Of a DNA stretch of 64,000 nucleotides, positions 28,251 through 37,175 are shown piece after piece. The DNA lies in assembly GCA_023380755.1 (NCBI GenBank), contig JAMCSD010000008.1, positions 24,592 to 88,591 on the forward strand, given 5' to 3'. The stretch is from Patescibacteria group bacterium. GTDB lineage: Bacteria > Patescibacteriota > Microgenomatia > UBA12405. Position numbers and translations under genes: made by a program. The stretch's first letter is position 1. Each line of letters begins with the position of its first letter. The notes below the pieces were generated by a model. It did no database searches. It saw only the letters and a list, made by a program, of their open reading frames with translations, and was not told the DNA's origin.

Positions 28251-28526
28251 ATGGCGCGGGTAAAAAATAAACCAGAAAAAAGGTTGTCATCGCGGATGTT
28301 ATGGCTGATTTTTGGGTTAGGATTGGCAGGTTTATCGGGATGGAACATTTCGGGGTGGGCACAACGAAATTTTGAAACTATTTGCCATAACTACCAATAC
28401 AATGATTGCATGAAATTTTATTGGCAGACCCTCCCCTACTTCCGAGATTTGATGGCAGCGGGACTGGGAACGGTAGTGATAGTAGTAATAACCTGGTTGA
28501 AGGATAGGACAAAAGTTAAAGCCTGA
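28251..28526 (+). CDS. Small hypothetical membrane protein
   Basis: MARVKNKPEK... with 2 TM helices. TACAAT 28237-28242 lies 8 nt before the ATG. Confidence 0.45.
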   Translation: MARVKNKPEKRLSSRMLWLIFGLGLAGLSGWNISGWAQRNFETICHNYQYNDCMKFYWQTLPYFRDLMAAGLGTVVIVVITWLKDRTKVKA

Positions 28527-28544
28527 ACCTAAAGAAGGCAAATA

Positions 28545-28587
28545 CCAAAAAAGGCGGTATCTGCCGTCTGGCTGGGTATCCGCCTTT
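28545..28587. terminator. Hairpin terminator between convergent genes (T-run on minus strand, serves zwf)
   Basis: AAAAAA-AAGGCGGTATC...GGTATCCGCCTT-TTC. 7-bp GC-rich stem plus extension. Confidence 0.7.
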
Positions 28588-28656
28588 CAAGGATTGAGAT
28601 AGAGTATTTTATTCACTCCACTATATAATACGAAGATGGTAAGAGTTTATTACAAG

Positions 28657-29937
28657 TTAATAAGCGAATAGGTGCCGGCTGAACTCGGGGTGCTGACGGA
28701 TGGTGTCAATCAATTGCCACTGAGCTAAAATTTCGGGATAGGTGGGACTATTAATCCGGTCCCGGTTGGCAATATCGGTAATGACATTTTCATAGGCGGT
28801 ATGCATCAGCTGTTTTTCGTCGGAGTAACCAAGGCGAAAATCAACAGCCTGAGGGAGGACACGACTGGGATTAAACTCGGAATTGAGGACTAAACGAATT
28901 TCGTTGTGAGGATAGATATTGATGATCAGCTGGTTGGGAGTGAGCAAAGGACAAAGTTCACCCCAAAGACAGCGGAGATTGTTTTGGAAAATAACTTTAA
29001 TCTCGGTGGATTTTTGTTCAAGCTTTTTGCCAGTAACCACCCGAATGAGAACACCGCGCCACTGAGGAGTGTTAACTTCTAAATTGAGCTGAACAAAGGT
29101 TTCGGTGGTCGAGTGAGGATGGACATCTTTTTCCTGAAGGTAACTTTGATATTGGCCGGTACGGACATTGGCGGAAAAATCGTTGTTAAAAAGGCGGATT
29201 TTTTTAAGAATCCGGAGCTTCTCGGCAGCAAAGGCGGGAGTGGAAATACCAGTGGGCTGGGCCATAGTGATAAGAGCAATAAGTTGAAGGACATGATTTT
29301 GAATCATGTCCCTTAAAGCACCAACACGATCGTAATATTGACCACGATTATCGATGCCCCGGGTTTCAGTGGCGGTAATTTCAAGGCTTTTAATATGAAA
29401 GCGATCCCAAACTGATTCCAAGACAGGATTGGCAAAACGGAGGGAAATAATATTTTTAACTAGTTCTTTAGTTAAATAATGGTCAACCAAAAAAACCTGT
29501 TCAAAGTCAACTAGGGAGCGAATACGGTTCATAAGCAAACGGGCCGAGGGTAAGTCAAAGCCAAAGGGTTTTTCAATGGCGATCATGGACTCAGGAGAAA
29601 TGAGATGGAGCTTTAAGAGTGCCGAAAGGATATCAGTAACCAATTCCGGTGAAGTGGGAATGCCTAAGTAAAAAATGGAGTCAGGATAACGGAGTTGGGT
29701 TTTAAGCAAGGCCAGGCCAGCAAGACTGTAAGGGCCGGATAAATAATGGAAACGAGAGGCCAAGTCACGACCGGAAGCGGCGGCCACCAGAGCGGTGAAC
29801 TCAGAAGGAGTAAACGGGGTGCGACCATAACCCCAGTAATCGAACTCCAAACCGGTTTTTAAGAGGTTGGCCAAGGCAGGATAAATGTAATTTTTGGCTA
29901 AATCACCCGAGGCTCCAAAAACCACAAAATTTTTCAT
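28657..29937 (-). CDS. zwf: Glucose-6-phosphate 1-dehydrogenase
   Basis: FVVFGASGDLAKN, EKPFG, VDHYLTKE, RDMIQNHVLQL. Start set at MKNFVVFG (29937), 6 nt after TACAAT. Confidence 0.92.
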   Translation of the reverse strand: MKNFVVFGASGDLAKNYIYPALANLLKTGLEFDYWGYGRTPFTPSEFTALVAAASGRDLASRFHYLSGPYSLAGLALLKTQLRYPDSIFYLGIPTSPELVTDILSALLKLHLISPESMIAIEKPFGFDLPSARLLMNRIRSLVDFEQVFLVDHYLTKELVKNIISLRFANPVLESVWDRFHIKSLEITATETRGIDNRGQYYDRVGALRDMIQNHVLQLIALITMAQPTGISTPAFAAEKLRILKKIRLFNNDFSANVRTGQYQSYLQEKDVHPHSTTETFVQLNLEVNTPQWRGVLIRVVTGKKLEQKSTEIKVIFQNNLRCLWGELCPLLTPNQLIINIYPHNEIRLVLNSEFNPSRVLPQAVDFRLGYSDEKQLMHTAYENVITDIANRDRINSPTYPEILAQWQLIDTIRQHPEFSRHLFAY

Positions 29938-30017
29938 ATGCATATTGTACTGAGAAACGCTAAGAAAAGTCTGGCCTGATGGTTGATTATAACTCATACT
30001 TTGGTTATGATAGTTTA

Positions 30018-30581
30018 ATGCTGACCATCACCGACCACCTACCAAGCCTAACTTTGGACATTTTGGAAAGGGGAAAATTTGTGACCAAAAATTTAGATGA
30101 CTACCGGGGAAAGTGGTTAATTCTGCTTTTTTATCCGGCGGATTTTTCGTTTATTTGCCCGACAGAACTGCAAGAAGCACAACAGGAATATGAAGAATTT
30201 AAAAAGCTAGGCGCGGAGATAGCCAGCGTGTCGACGGACACAAAATATGTCCACAAGGCTTGGCACGATACCTCACCAATGATAAAGACAGTTGAATACC
30301 CGATGGTTGCTGATCCGGCAGGAATTTTGTGTAGGATGATGGGAGTGTACATCGAAGAGGAAGGGATGGCCAGACGAGCGTCCTACGTGATCGATCCGGA
30401 AGGAGTGATCGTGGCAATGGATATCCATAGTAACGATATCGGCCGAAATATTCAGGAAATAAAAAGAAAATTACAAGCAGCAATTTATGTGAGAGAACAT
30501 GGGGGCGAGGTGTGTCCGGCCAACTGGAAACCAGGACAAAAAACAATGCGCCCCGGAGAGGAATTGGTCGGAAAAATTTAG
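30018..30581 (+). CDS. 2-Cys peroxiredoxin (AhpC/Prx1 type)
   Basis: FYPADFSFICPTEL (peroxidatic Cys) and EVCPANW (resolving Cys). Start at MLTITD, 6 nt after TATGAT. Confidence 0.92.
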   Translation: MLTITDHLPSLTLDILERGKFVTKNLDDYRGKWLILLFYPADFSFICPTELQEAQQEYEEFKKLGAEIASVSTDTKYVHKAWHDTSPMIKTVEYPMVADPAGILCRMMGVYIEEEGMARRASYVIDPEGVIVAMDIHSNDIGRNIQEIKRKLQAAIYVREHGGEVCPANWKPGQKTMRPGEELVGKI

Positions 30582-30608
30582 GAGCGAGGGACTATATAAT
30601 TAGGGGCG

Positions 30609-31775
30609 ATGGAATTATCAAATGACCAAAAGTATGCTTTAAACCAGCTTATGAGTTGGTTTAAAGCCACACAAAAAGCACGGCCTTATATTACTTTGGG
30701 GGGATTTGCGGGGACGGGAAAATCAACATTGATTTCACAACTACGAAAGAATCTCTATAAAGATAATAAGGAATTACAGGTGGCTTTCTGTAGTTTCACC
30801 GGGAAGGCAACCAGAGTGTTACGGCAAAAATTAGGGGAACAAAAAATCTTACTGGAAAATGACCGGGTGAGCACGATACATTCCCTAATTTACTCCCCAA
30901 TTGTAGATGAGAAGAAAAAAGAAATTATCGGCTGGAAGCGGCAAGAAGAAATTGAGGCGGACCTGATTATCGTGGATGAGGCTTCAATGGTTGACCAGGC
31001 AATTTGGTACGACCTGATGAGTTACGGAAAACCGATTATCGCGGTGGGCGACCATGGACAATTGCCACCGATAAACGGAAATTTTAGTTTAATGACAAAA
31101 CCCGATTTGGTATTGACGGAAATCCATCGGCAAGCAAAAGAGAACCCGATTATTGATGTTTCTTTTTTGGCAAGAACGGAAGGAAAAATACCAGTAAAAA
31201 TTTTCGGAAGGGGCGTAAAAAAGCTGTCACGAATCGAGCCGGAGACCGGCGAAGAGGTGGAGGAGTTGTTGTCGACTTTTACGCCAACTACCCTACTTCT
31301 GTGCGGCTATAACCAAACTCGGGTGAGACTAAACCAATTTATCCGGAATAAGTTAGGGTTTGGGAGCGATGAGCCAGAGGCAAATGACCGGGTAATTTGT
31401 TTGCGCAACAACCACGAAAAAGAGGTATACAACGGAATGCTGGGAACAGTGGCTCAGATCAGAACAAAGAATGAGGATTGGTATACGGCAACTATTTTGA
31501 TGGATGAAGAGGAAGAAGCATATGAGGGACAAATCAGCCGCAAGCAGTTTAATTTGAAAGATTCGATGAATTTTACGGATAAACGAAAATTAATTATGCA
31601 AGGAGATCTGTTTGATTTTGGATATGTGCTGACAGTGCACAAAGCCCAAGGATCGCAGGCAAAGAAAGTGGTTTTGTTTGAGGAGCGGTTTTCAAAGATG
31701 AGTGAGGACGATTGGAGAAGGTGGCTGTATACCGGGGTGACGAGGGCAGAGGAAGAGTTGGTGATAATTGGCTAA
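30609..31775 (+). CDS. RecD/Pif1-like SF1 DNA helicase (AAA_30 + UvrD_C_2 type)
   Basis: GGFAGTGKST, IIVDEASMV, VGDHGQLPPI, TVHKAQGSQ. Confidence 0.88.
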   Translation: MELSNDQKYALNQLMSWFKATQKARPYITLGGFAGTGKSTLISQLRKNLYKDNKELQVAFCSFTGKATRVLRQKLGEQKILLENDRVSTIHSLIYSPIVDEKKKEIIGWKRQEEIEADLIIVDEASMVDQAIWYDLMSYGKPIIAVGDHGQLPPINGNFSLMTKPDLVLTEIHRQAKENPIIDVSFLARTEGKIPVKIFGRGVKKLSRIEPETGEEVEELLSTFTPTTLLLCGYNQTRVRLNQFIRNKLGFGSDEPEANDRVICLRNNHEKEVYNGMLGTVAQIRTKNEDWYTATILMDEEEEAYEGQISRKQFNLKDSMNFTDKRKLIMQGDLFDFGYVLTVHKAQGSQAKKVVLFEERFSKMSEDDWRRWLYTGVTRAEEELVIIG

Positions 31776-33124
31776 TGAGGAAGAAGACCGCCTAAGAGGG
31801 CGGTGTACATGAGAGTTAAGGAATCGGAAAAATAGGTGTTAGAAGGGTTACCAAGAAAAGTTTCGGCAATTTGGGTGCGATAGTCGGCGTTGGTGGAAAC
31901 AATAGAGGCACAAGCAGCGGCACCCACAAAGGCGGCGGCGGTGTAGGAATTTTGCGGCTTACCGGTGAGATCATAAACGGCTTTAATATTGGCTGCCCCT
32001 TGAGATTCGAAGAAAGCATTTATTTTTTCCAATTGTTTTTTGGCGTGTTGACCGGCAATGTTGTCGGGATACCAAAGGGCAGCCATCGCCTGACGCCAAG
32101 GAAAACGGACAGCGTCCCAACCAAAGAGTAAGCCATCGGCTCGACCCGGTTGGGAAGGATTACTTTGCTGAACCCAATTGGGGACGAGACCCTTACCATT
32201 GGGAAAAGCGGCTTGAATGGCATCAATAAAATCCCGATCAGTGGCGGCAACAAGATCCCAAATGCTGTTACCAGTTTCATCCTTGAGAAGGGGGTAATAG
32301 CCCGGAGAGGAATAAGCGGCATCGTACTGGCCATCCCAACCATTACTGGGACGAAGACGGCCGGAAGGACGACTAATATCGGCGGCGGTAATAGCTTGCG
32401 CCAGACGTAAAGACTCGGCTTGATACTGAGGATTTTTCTGGGCAGCTAAATGACGAGCAAACCACTGATCAAGATCAGCATCGGTGGCAGAATTAGGATC
32501 AGGGACAGACCCGTCGGCCAGGATCTGCCATTTGCTTAACCCAGCAGCATTAAGATATTGAGGATAAAGATCGTGAGCCAGTAAACCGGAAAAGGTGGCC
32601 ATGTCCCCCTTGATGACGGCCGCCAGCTCCCAATAACCCTGACCTTCGCTGACAATACTTTTATCTTCATCAATCTTGACGACCCGGAGGGCGTTGGGGA
32701 CAACAGGATCTTTTAAAACATAACGATCCCTAAAATCAGGATAAAAACGGTCAAAAGCAGCGGCCATTTCTTTTTGGAGATCGGGGGGGTAAAGGGCTTC
32801 GGGTAGAGGGGTAGCGGTTTCGGCGGCGGCAGGAGAGGGTTGAGCAGTAGGGGTATCGGGAGCAGCGGAAGTGGCGGCAACTGGGGTGGGGGTATCAGGA
32901 GGGTTGGTACCAGCAACGGCCTGAGGACTAGGACTATTAATGATTCGGGTGGCCGGTTCGGCGGTGGGAGCCGGGGCAGAGGTAGCGGTGGGAATAGTAG
33001 TTTCGGAAGGAGAGGGGGCAACGGTAGGCGTGGGCCCAAAACGGAGAGTACAAGCGGCCGCTAGCCCATTGACTAGACCGGCAGCAGTGATTTTGAGTAA
33101 TTGACGACGGGATAACTCCTTCAT
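31772..33124 (-). CDS. Glycoside hydrolase family 8-like secreted enzyme
   Basis: Tat-like SRRQLLKITAAGL, P/T/A-rich linker, SEGQGYW (GH8 catalytic Glu motif), SATDADLD. Confidence 0.7.
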   Translation of the reverse strand: MKELSRRQLLKITAAGLVNGLAAACTLRFGPTPTVAPSPSETTIPTATSAPAPTAEPATRIINSPSPQAVAGTNPPDTPTPVAATSAAPDTPTAQPSPAAAETATPLPEALYPPDLQKEMAAAFDRFYPDFRDRYVLKDPVVPNALRVVKIDEDKSIVSEGQGYWELAAVIKGDMATFSGLLAHDLYPQYLNAAGLSKWQILADGSVPDPNSATDADLDQWFARHLAAQKNPQYQAESLRLAQAITAADISRPSGRLRPSNGWDGQYDAAYSSPGYYPLLKDETGNSIWDLVAATDRDFIDAIQAAFPNGKGLVPNWVQQSNPSQPGRADGLLFGWDAVRFPWRQAMAALWYPDNIAGQHAKKQLEKINAFFESQGAANIKAVYDLTGKPQNSYTAAAFVGAAACASIVSTNADYRTQIAETFLGNPSNTYFSDSLTLMYTALLGGLLPH

Positions 33125-33173
33125 ATTTAGTAGTAGTTATATTGTAGCAGTAAAAAGCGTATATAATCAAAGT

Positions 33174-35105
33174 GTGAAACAAGTATTGTGGGTAATGGTG
33201 GGGTTATTTTTATTATGGCCAAGGACGGTCGAGGCGGCAAGTTCAAAGTCTTATGCCATTAACAACGTAACAATTACCGGAACGGTAAATAAAGACGGCT
33301 CGATGATGGTCGAAGAAAGACGGACTTACCAATTTAATGGCAGCTACACTTTTGCCTACCAATATATTAATAGGCAAGGAAACGGAACGGCCGGAAGGAA
33401 TGAGCCATATGTATTAAGTCATTTTTCTTTGTGTGACCAAAACCAGTGCTACCGACAATTAACGGGGGCAGAAAAAAATAACGCAGATACCCTAAAACCG
33501 ACGCAAACATTTTATGTGGAAGAAAGGGCGGATCAGTATTATATTAAATGGTTTTACCAGGCCTATTCAGAAACTAAAATTTTTAACCTAAGGTACCGGG
33601 TAGATAATGCGGTGACTTTGGACCGCGATGTAGCCGAGTTATATTGGAAACTAGTCGGTGATGGGTGGGAAATTCCGCAAGAGGCAGTGGCAGCAAAGAT
33701 TTTTTTACCGGAAGGAATTGACGGCCAGGCGCTTAAGGCCTGGGCCCACGGACCGACACCAGGAAGAGTGACCATAACCAAAGCGACAGAGGTGGACTAC
33801 ACCCTCCCCCAGTTACCGGCAAAAACATTTTTTGAAGCGAGAATCGAGATGCCAAAAAGGGTGTTTAATGGCGGGGCGACCGGAAGCCTAGACAAGGCAG
33901 GAGTGGAGGCACAAGAAGCGGCTTTTATTCAAGAAAGTAAAAAGGAGGCGGCCAGACGTCAAGCAGAGACAACGGGGTTAATAATGATGGAAATACTACT
34001 GATCACAGGGATGGCAGTAGTTTTTGGAAAAAGAGTCGCTAATTTTTGGAAGTACGGGAAAGATAGTCCCCTGCCACAGGTCACTTTATCGGGGCGGATT
34101 TGGGAGGCACCAAGTGAGATTGATCCGGCACAAGTGGAACAATTATTATCGGGGCGAAAGGCGTTAACGCCAAAAGCCTTCACGGCAACAGTACTATCAC
34201 TGGTACAAAATAGGTTTTACCGCTTAATAAGAAGCGACCAAAAGGAGGGATTGTTTTTTAAAAATTATCATTATTACTTGGTGCCGGAAACAACGACGAA
34301 AGCTCCATCAAAAATCCAAGCAGTGGTCTTGGATTTGTTATCACGGGTGGGAAAGCGACAAACGATTATCCAAGGCCAGGGGGCGGCGGCAGTGGATTTA
34401 CAAGATATTGTGAGCTGGTGCCGAACTAATCGGTACGAGGCATACCAATTTTTTCAAGATTTTCCTGAGGTGGTTTTGGCGGAAAATTTAGAGGAAGGCT
34501 ACTTTGAAGAGAAAGCGCATGAAGAGAAAAACCAAGGGGGGCTGAATGCCTTGTTGGCCTTACTAATGGTAGGATTGTTATTTTTAGGAATTGCCGGAGG
34601 AACGTATTTCCAAAGTGGCGAGATGGCGTTAGTCGGAATCGGAGGAGGGTTGGCGGGGTCCGGTTTGCTGATGATAAGTATTTTTTTGATCGTCTTCGGA
34701 GAAAAGAGAACAGTAAAGGGAGCGGAAGAAGCAGCCAAATGGAAGGCATTTAAACGACACCTGGAAGAATACCGGCAGACACAAAATGACCCAATTGATT
34801 CGGTAATTATCTGGGAAAAATACTTGGTTTACGGGACAGTATTGGGAGTATCGGCCAAGGCACTGTCTCAATTACCGGTACGGTTCCCAGAAGAACAACA
34901 GCAAGTGGTAATGGCTTACTGGGGAGGGGCAAGCGCGGGACAGGTGAGCGATTTTTCAAACAGTATTGCTTCCCTATCTTCGGCAATCAGCAGTATCTCA
35001 AACGTTTCCAGTTCTTCATATGGGGCCAGCGGAGTCGGGGGAAGCGGCGGGGCATCGGGCGGAGGAGGTGGCGGCGGCGGCGGTGGCGGCGGCGGGGCCG
35101 GCTGA
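33174..35105 (+). CDS. DUF2207-like membrane protein with poly-Gly C-terminus
   Basis: Signal peptide, extracellular N-domain, internal TM helices, C-terminal GASGGGGGGGGGGGGAG. Family assignment from recollection. GTG start. Confidence 0.65.
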   Translation: MKQVLWVMVGLFLLWPRTVEAASSKSYAINNVTITGTVNKDGSMMVEERRTYQFNGSYTFAYQYINRQGNGTAGRNEPYVLSHFSLCDQNQCYRQLTGAEKNNADTLKPTQTFYVEERADQYYIKWFYQAYSETKIFNLRYRVDNAVTLDRDVAELYWKLVGDGWEIPQEAVAAKIFLPEGIDGQALKAWAHGPTPGRVTITKATEVDYTLPQLPAKTFFEARIEMPKRVFNGGATGSLDKAGVEAQEAAFIQESKKEAARRQAETTGLIMMEILLITGMAVVFGKRVANFWKYGKDSPLPQVTLSGRIWEAPSEIDPAQVEQLLSGRKALTPKAFTATVLSLVQNRFYRLIRSDQKEGLFFKNYHYYLVPETTTKAPSKIQAVVLDLLSRVGKRQTIIQGQGAAAVDLQDIVSWCRTNRYEAYQFFQDFPEVVLAENLEEGYFEEKAHEEKNQGGLNALLALLMVGLLFLGIAGGTYFQSGEMALVGIGGGLAGSGLLMISIFLIVFGEKRTVKGAEEAAKWKAFKRHLEEYRQTQNDPIDSVIIWEKYLVYGTVLGVSAKALSQLPVRFPEEQQQVVMAYWGGASAGQVSDFSNSIASLSSAISSISNVSSSSYGASGVGGSGGASGGGGGGGGGGGGGAG

Positions 35106-35125
35106 GGATAGGCTATAATAAGTAC

Positions 35126-35902
35126 ATGCAGGTGGAAAATTTAAGCCGGATTGAGTTAGAACTGCTTTTTGGACAATGGGGAAGAAGGAACGGGATAAGG
35201 AAACATTTACTTGACCTGGATGACACGATTTGTGATACCGATAAAGTATTTAAGGAACAATTTCTGGCCTGCAGTGCATACCTGGCCAGAAAGGCGCCCC
35301 AACTGGGGCCAGAGCAATGGAAGAAAAAGTTAGTGGAAGTGAATGATGGTCTCTTTGCCTCGCTGGGGGTAAGACGAGAGAAGTTGGGGGCAGTGATGAC
35401 GGAAGTAGGAAAGCAATACAGCCTGCCGGGAGAAGTACGGGAGACAGCGTGGGGAATTTTGGACCAAATTTATGAGCGGCCAATACAAATGCTACCGGGA
35501 GCAGAAGAGGGGTTGGCTTTTATTAAAAAATGCGGGGTACCATTGGGGATAGTAACTCACGGAGGCTTACAGTGGAGCTGGCGGAAATACCAATGGTTGA
35601 ACATGGCGCGTTATTTAGACTGGGATGAGGTGTATGTAGTAGACGAAAACGGGCATAAAACAGAACGGTCATGGCAAGAGGGATGCCGATACCATGGGGT
35701 AAAACCAGAAGAGTGTTGCGTGACGGGTAATAGTCCCCTGTCGGACATCAACCCAGCACTAAATATCGGAGTCCGACATTGCTTTTTGGTGGAAAATGAT
35801 GGTTTGTGGTCCATCCACAAGGTGCCGCTAGTAAAAGAAGTGAAAAGGATCCCCGACCTGTCAGCCTTTATCGGATTGGGGGCGGAATACTTGACGGCAT
35901 AA
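35126..35902 (+). CDS. HAD-superfamily hydrolase
   Basis: Motif I LLDLDDTICDTD (DxDxT). Confidence 0.7.
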   Translation: MQVENLSRIELELLFGQWGRRNGIRKHLLDLDDTICDTDKVFKEQFLACSAYLARKAPQLGPEQWKKKLVEVNDGLFASLGVRREKLGAVMTEVGKQYSLPGEVRETAWGILDQIYERPIQMLPGAEEGLAFIKKCGVPLGIVTHGGLQWSWRKYQWLNMARYLDWDEVYVVDENGHKTERSWQEGCRYHGVKPEECCVTGNSPLSDINPALNIGVRHCFLVENDGLWSIHKVPLVKEVKRIPDLSAFIGLGAEYLTA

Positions 35903-35923
35903 ATTGTTTTATAATGATGATAT

Positions 35924-36328
35924 ATGCCAAGAAAAAACGAGGAGGATTTTAAAGAGGAAACTAAAGTTCACGTAGACCGGGAAGAAGCCGCTGGCGGCTG
36001 GGAAGAGCGCCGCGCCAAGTCACACGATATTGTGTGGGCGTGGGTATTAATTTTTGCGGGGATAACATTTTTGCTTAATAATACCGGAGTAATTCCATGG
36101 GCAATTTGGGGAGAGTTGTGGCGATTTTGGCCGATATTGCTAGTCCTGGGAGGGTTGAGATTGGTTTTGGGGCGAGGACGGACGGGAGAAGCAATTGTAG
36201 GATTAGTAACCGTGTTCTCGTTAGTGGTGATACTGGCGTACGCCCTGCGAGCGGTGGGATCACCGTTGGTGCCGTCGCTAGGACTGGACAAACTGCCGGC
36301 ATTCCCCTATCTGGATCAAAACCGGTAA
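35924..36328 (+). CDS. Small membrane protein (LiaF/LiaI-TM, DUF5668-like)
   Basis: WAWVLIFAGITFLLNNTGVIPW...WRFWPILLVLGGLRLV. Confidence 0.55.
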   Translation: MPRKNEEDFKEETKVHVDREEAAGGWEERRAKSHDIVWAWVLIFAGITFLLNNTGVIPWAIWGELWRFWPILLVLGGLRLVLGRGRTGEAIVGLVTVFSLVVILAYALRAVGSPLVPSLGLDKLPAFPYLDQNR

Positions 36329-36334
36329 TCCGAG

Positions 36335-36703
36335 TTATTGGCCGTCAAAAGAATTGATGGAGTTATTGCCAGTGGAAGCGGAACTGTCGACCGAGGTGCG
36401 AATATCAAGTCCGTTTTGGCGGGATTGGGTTTTTTGTTCAAGGTGACATGAAGAACCAGTGGCAGTTTGAGTCCGACCATTAACCGTAAGGGTACAGGTA
36501 CTTTTACCGGAGGAAGAAGCGCTAGGAGAAGCGGAGGGGAGCGGGGTAACGGTAACAACATCCTCAACACCTTTAACATTCTGAAGGGTACCGGGAGAAA
36601 CGGCCGGAACCGGAGCCCGAGGAGGACGGTGAAGTAAATATTGATTAACAGCGGTAGCGAGGACGGTAAAAACGATGAGGATGACAAAAACTTCTTTATT
36701 CAT
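36335..36703 (-). CDS. Membrane-anchored/secreted hypothetical protein
   Basis: 122 aa, N-terminal TM VFVILIVFTVLATAV. Confidence 0.5.
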   Translation of the reverse strand: MNKEVFVILIVFTVLATAVNQYLLHRPPRAPVPAVSPGTLQNVKGVEDVVTVTPLPSASPSASSSGKSTCTLTVNGRTQTATGSSCHLEQKTQSRQNGLDIRTSVDSSASTGNNSINSFDGQ

Positions 36704-37154
36704 GTTGGGTAGGGTGGCTAATTAACCGATCAATGAGAACAGTCACCTGGGACCGAATACGGGTGAACTGAGTTTCGGAGAAGGTGATGATTTCCTCATC
36801 AGTAAGGTCGGGAGTAATATCTTTAATGTCCCAGACCTGGTATTCAGTTCCTTTATAATTATAGCGCTTTTGACAGACCTCCAGATGCCAAGGCGTCATA
36901 AAAATAATGAGGTCTTGAGAACCAAGGAGTGCGGGGGTGGTCTGGACCCAGGTAGGAGAAAGATAGTCTAAGAGATTATTATTTTTAAGAAGGCGGAGGG
37001 CATACCAGGCAATCGGACCATTCTCGGCATTTACGGCTTGAATCCCGCTGGAAGTGAGGTGAAACTGGGGATGGTTCTTGAGCAAGTAACGTCCAAAACT
37101 TTCACAAAGGCGGCTGCGAAAAACATTGCCAGTACAGATAAAATGTAGGTTCAT
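36696..37154 (-). CDS. Low-molecular-weight protein-tyrosine phosphatase / ArsC-like
   Basis: CX5R(S) P-loop: FICTGNVFRS. Confidence 0.82.
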   Translation of the reverse strand: MNLHFICTGNVFRSRLCESFGRYLLKNHPQFHLTSSGIQAVNAENGPIAWYALRLLKNNNLLDYLSPTWVQTTPALLGSQDLIIFMTPWHLEVCQKRYNYKGTEYQVWDIKDITPDLTDEEIITFSETQFTRIRSQVTVLIDRLISHPTQHE

Positions 37155-37175
37155 CTGGTGAATTATAATGTATGG

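Noticed and set aside
32713-33064. Pro/Leu-rich and Gly/Arg-rich ORFs on both strands
   Set aside because: They are alternative frames of the P/T/A-rich linker of the GH8-like gene. The same reasoning applies to 15481-15942, 16667-17032, 22852-23400, 36075-36687, 38125-38517 and similar shadow ORFs inside confidently called genes.
35040-35105. GGC/GGT tandem repeat
   Set aside because: It encodes the poly-Gly C-terminus typical of the DUF2207-like protein. It is a coding low-complexity tract, not a regulatory repeat or CRISPR-like array.
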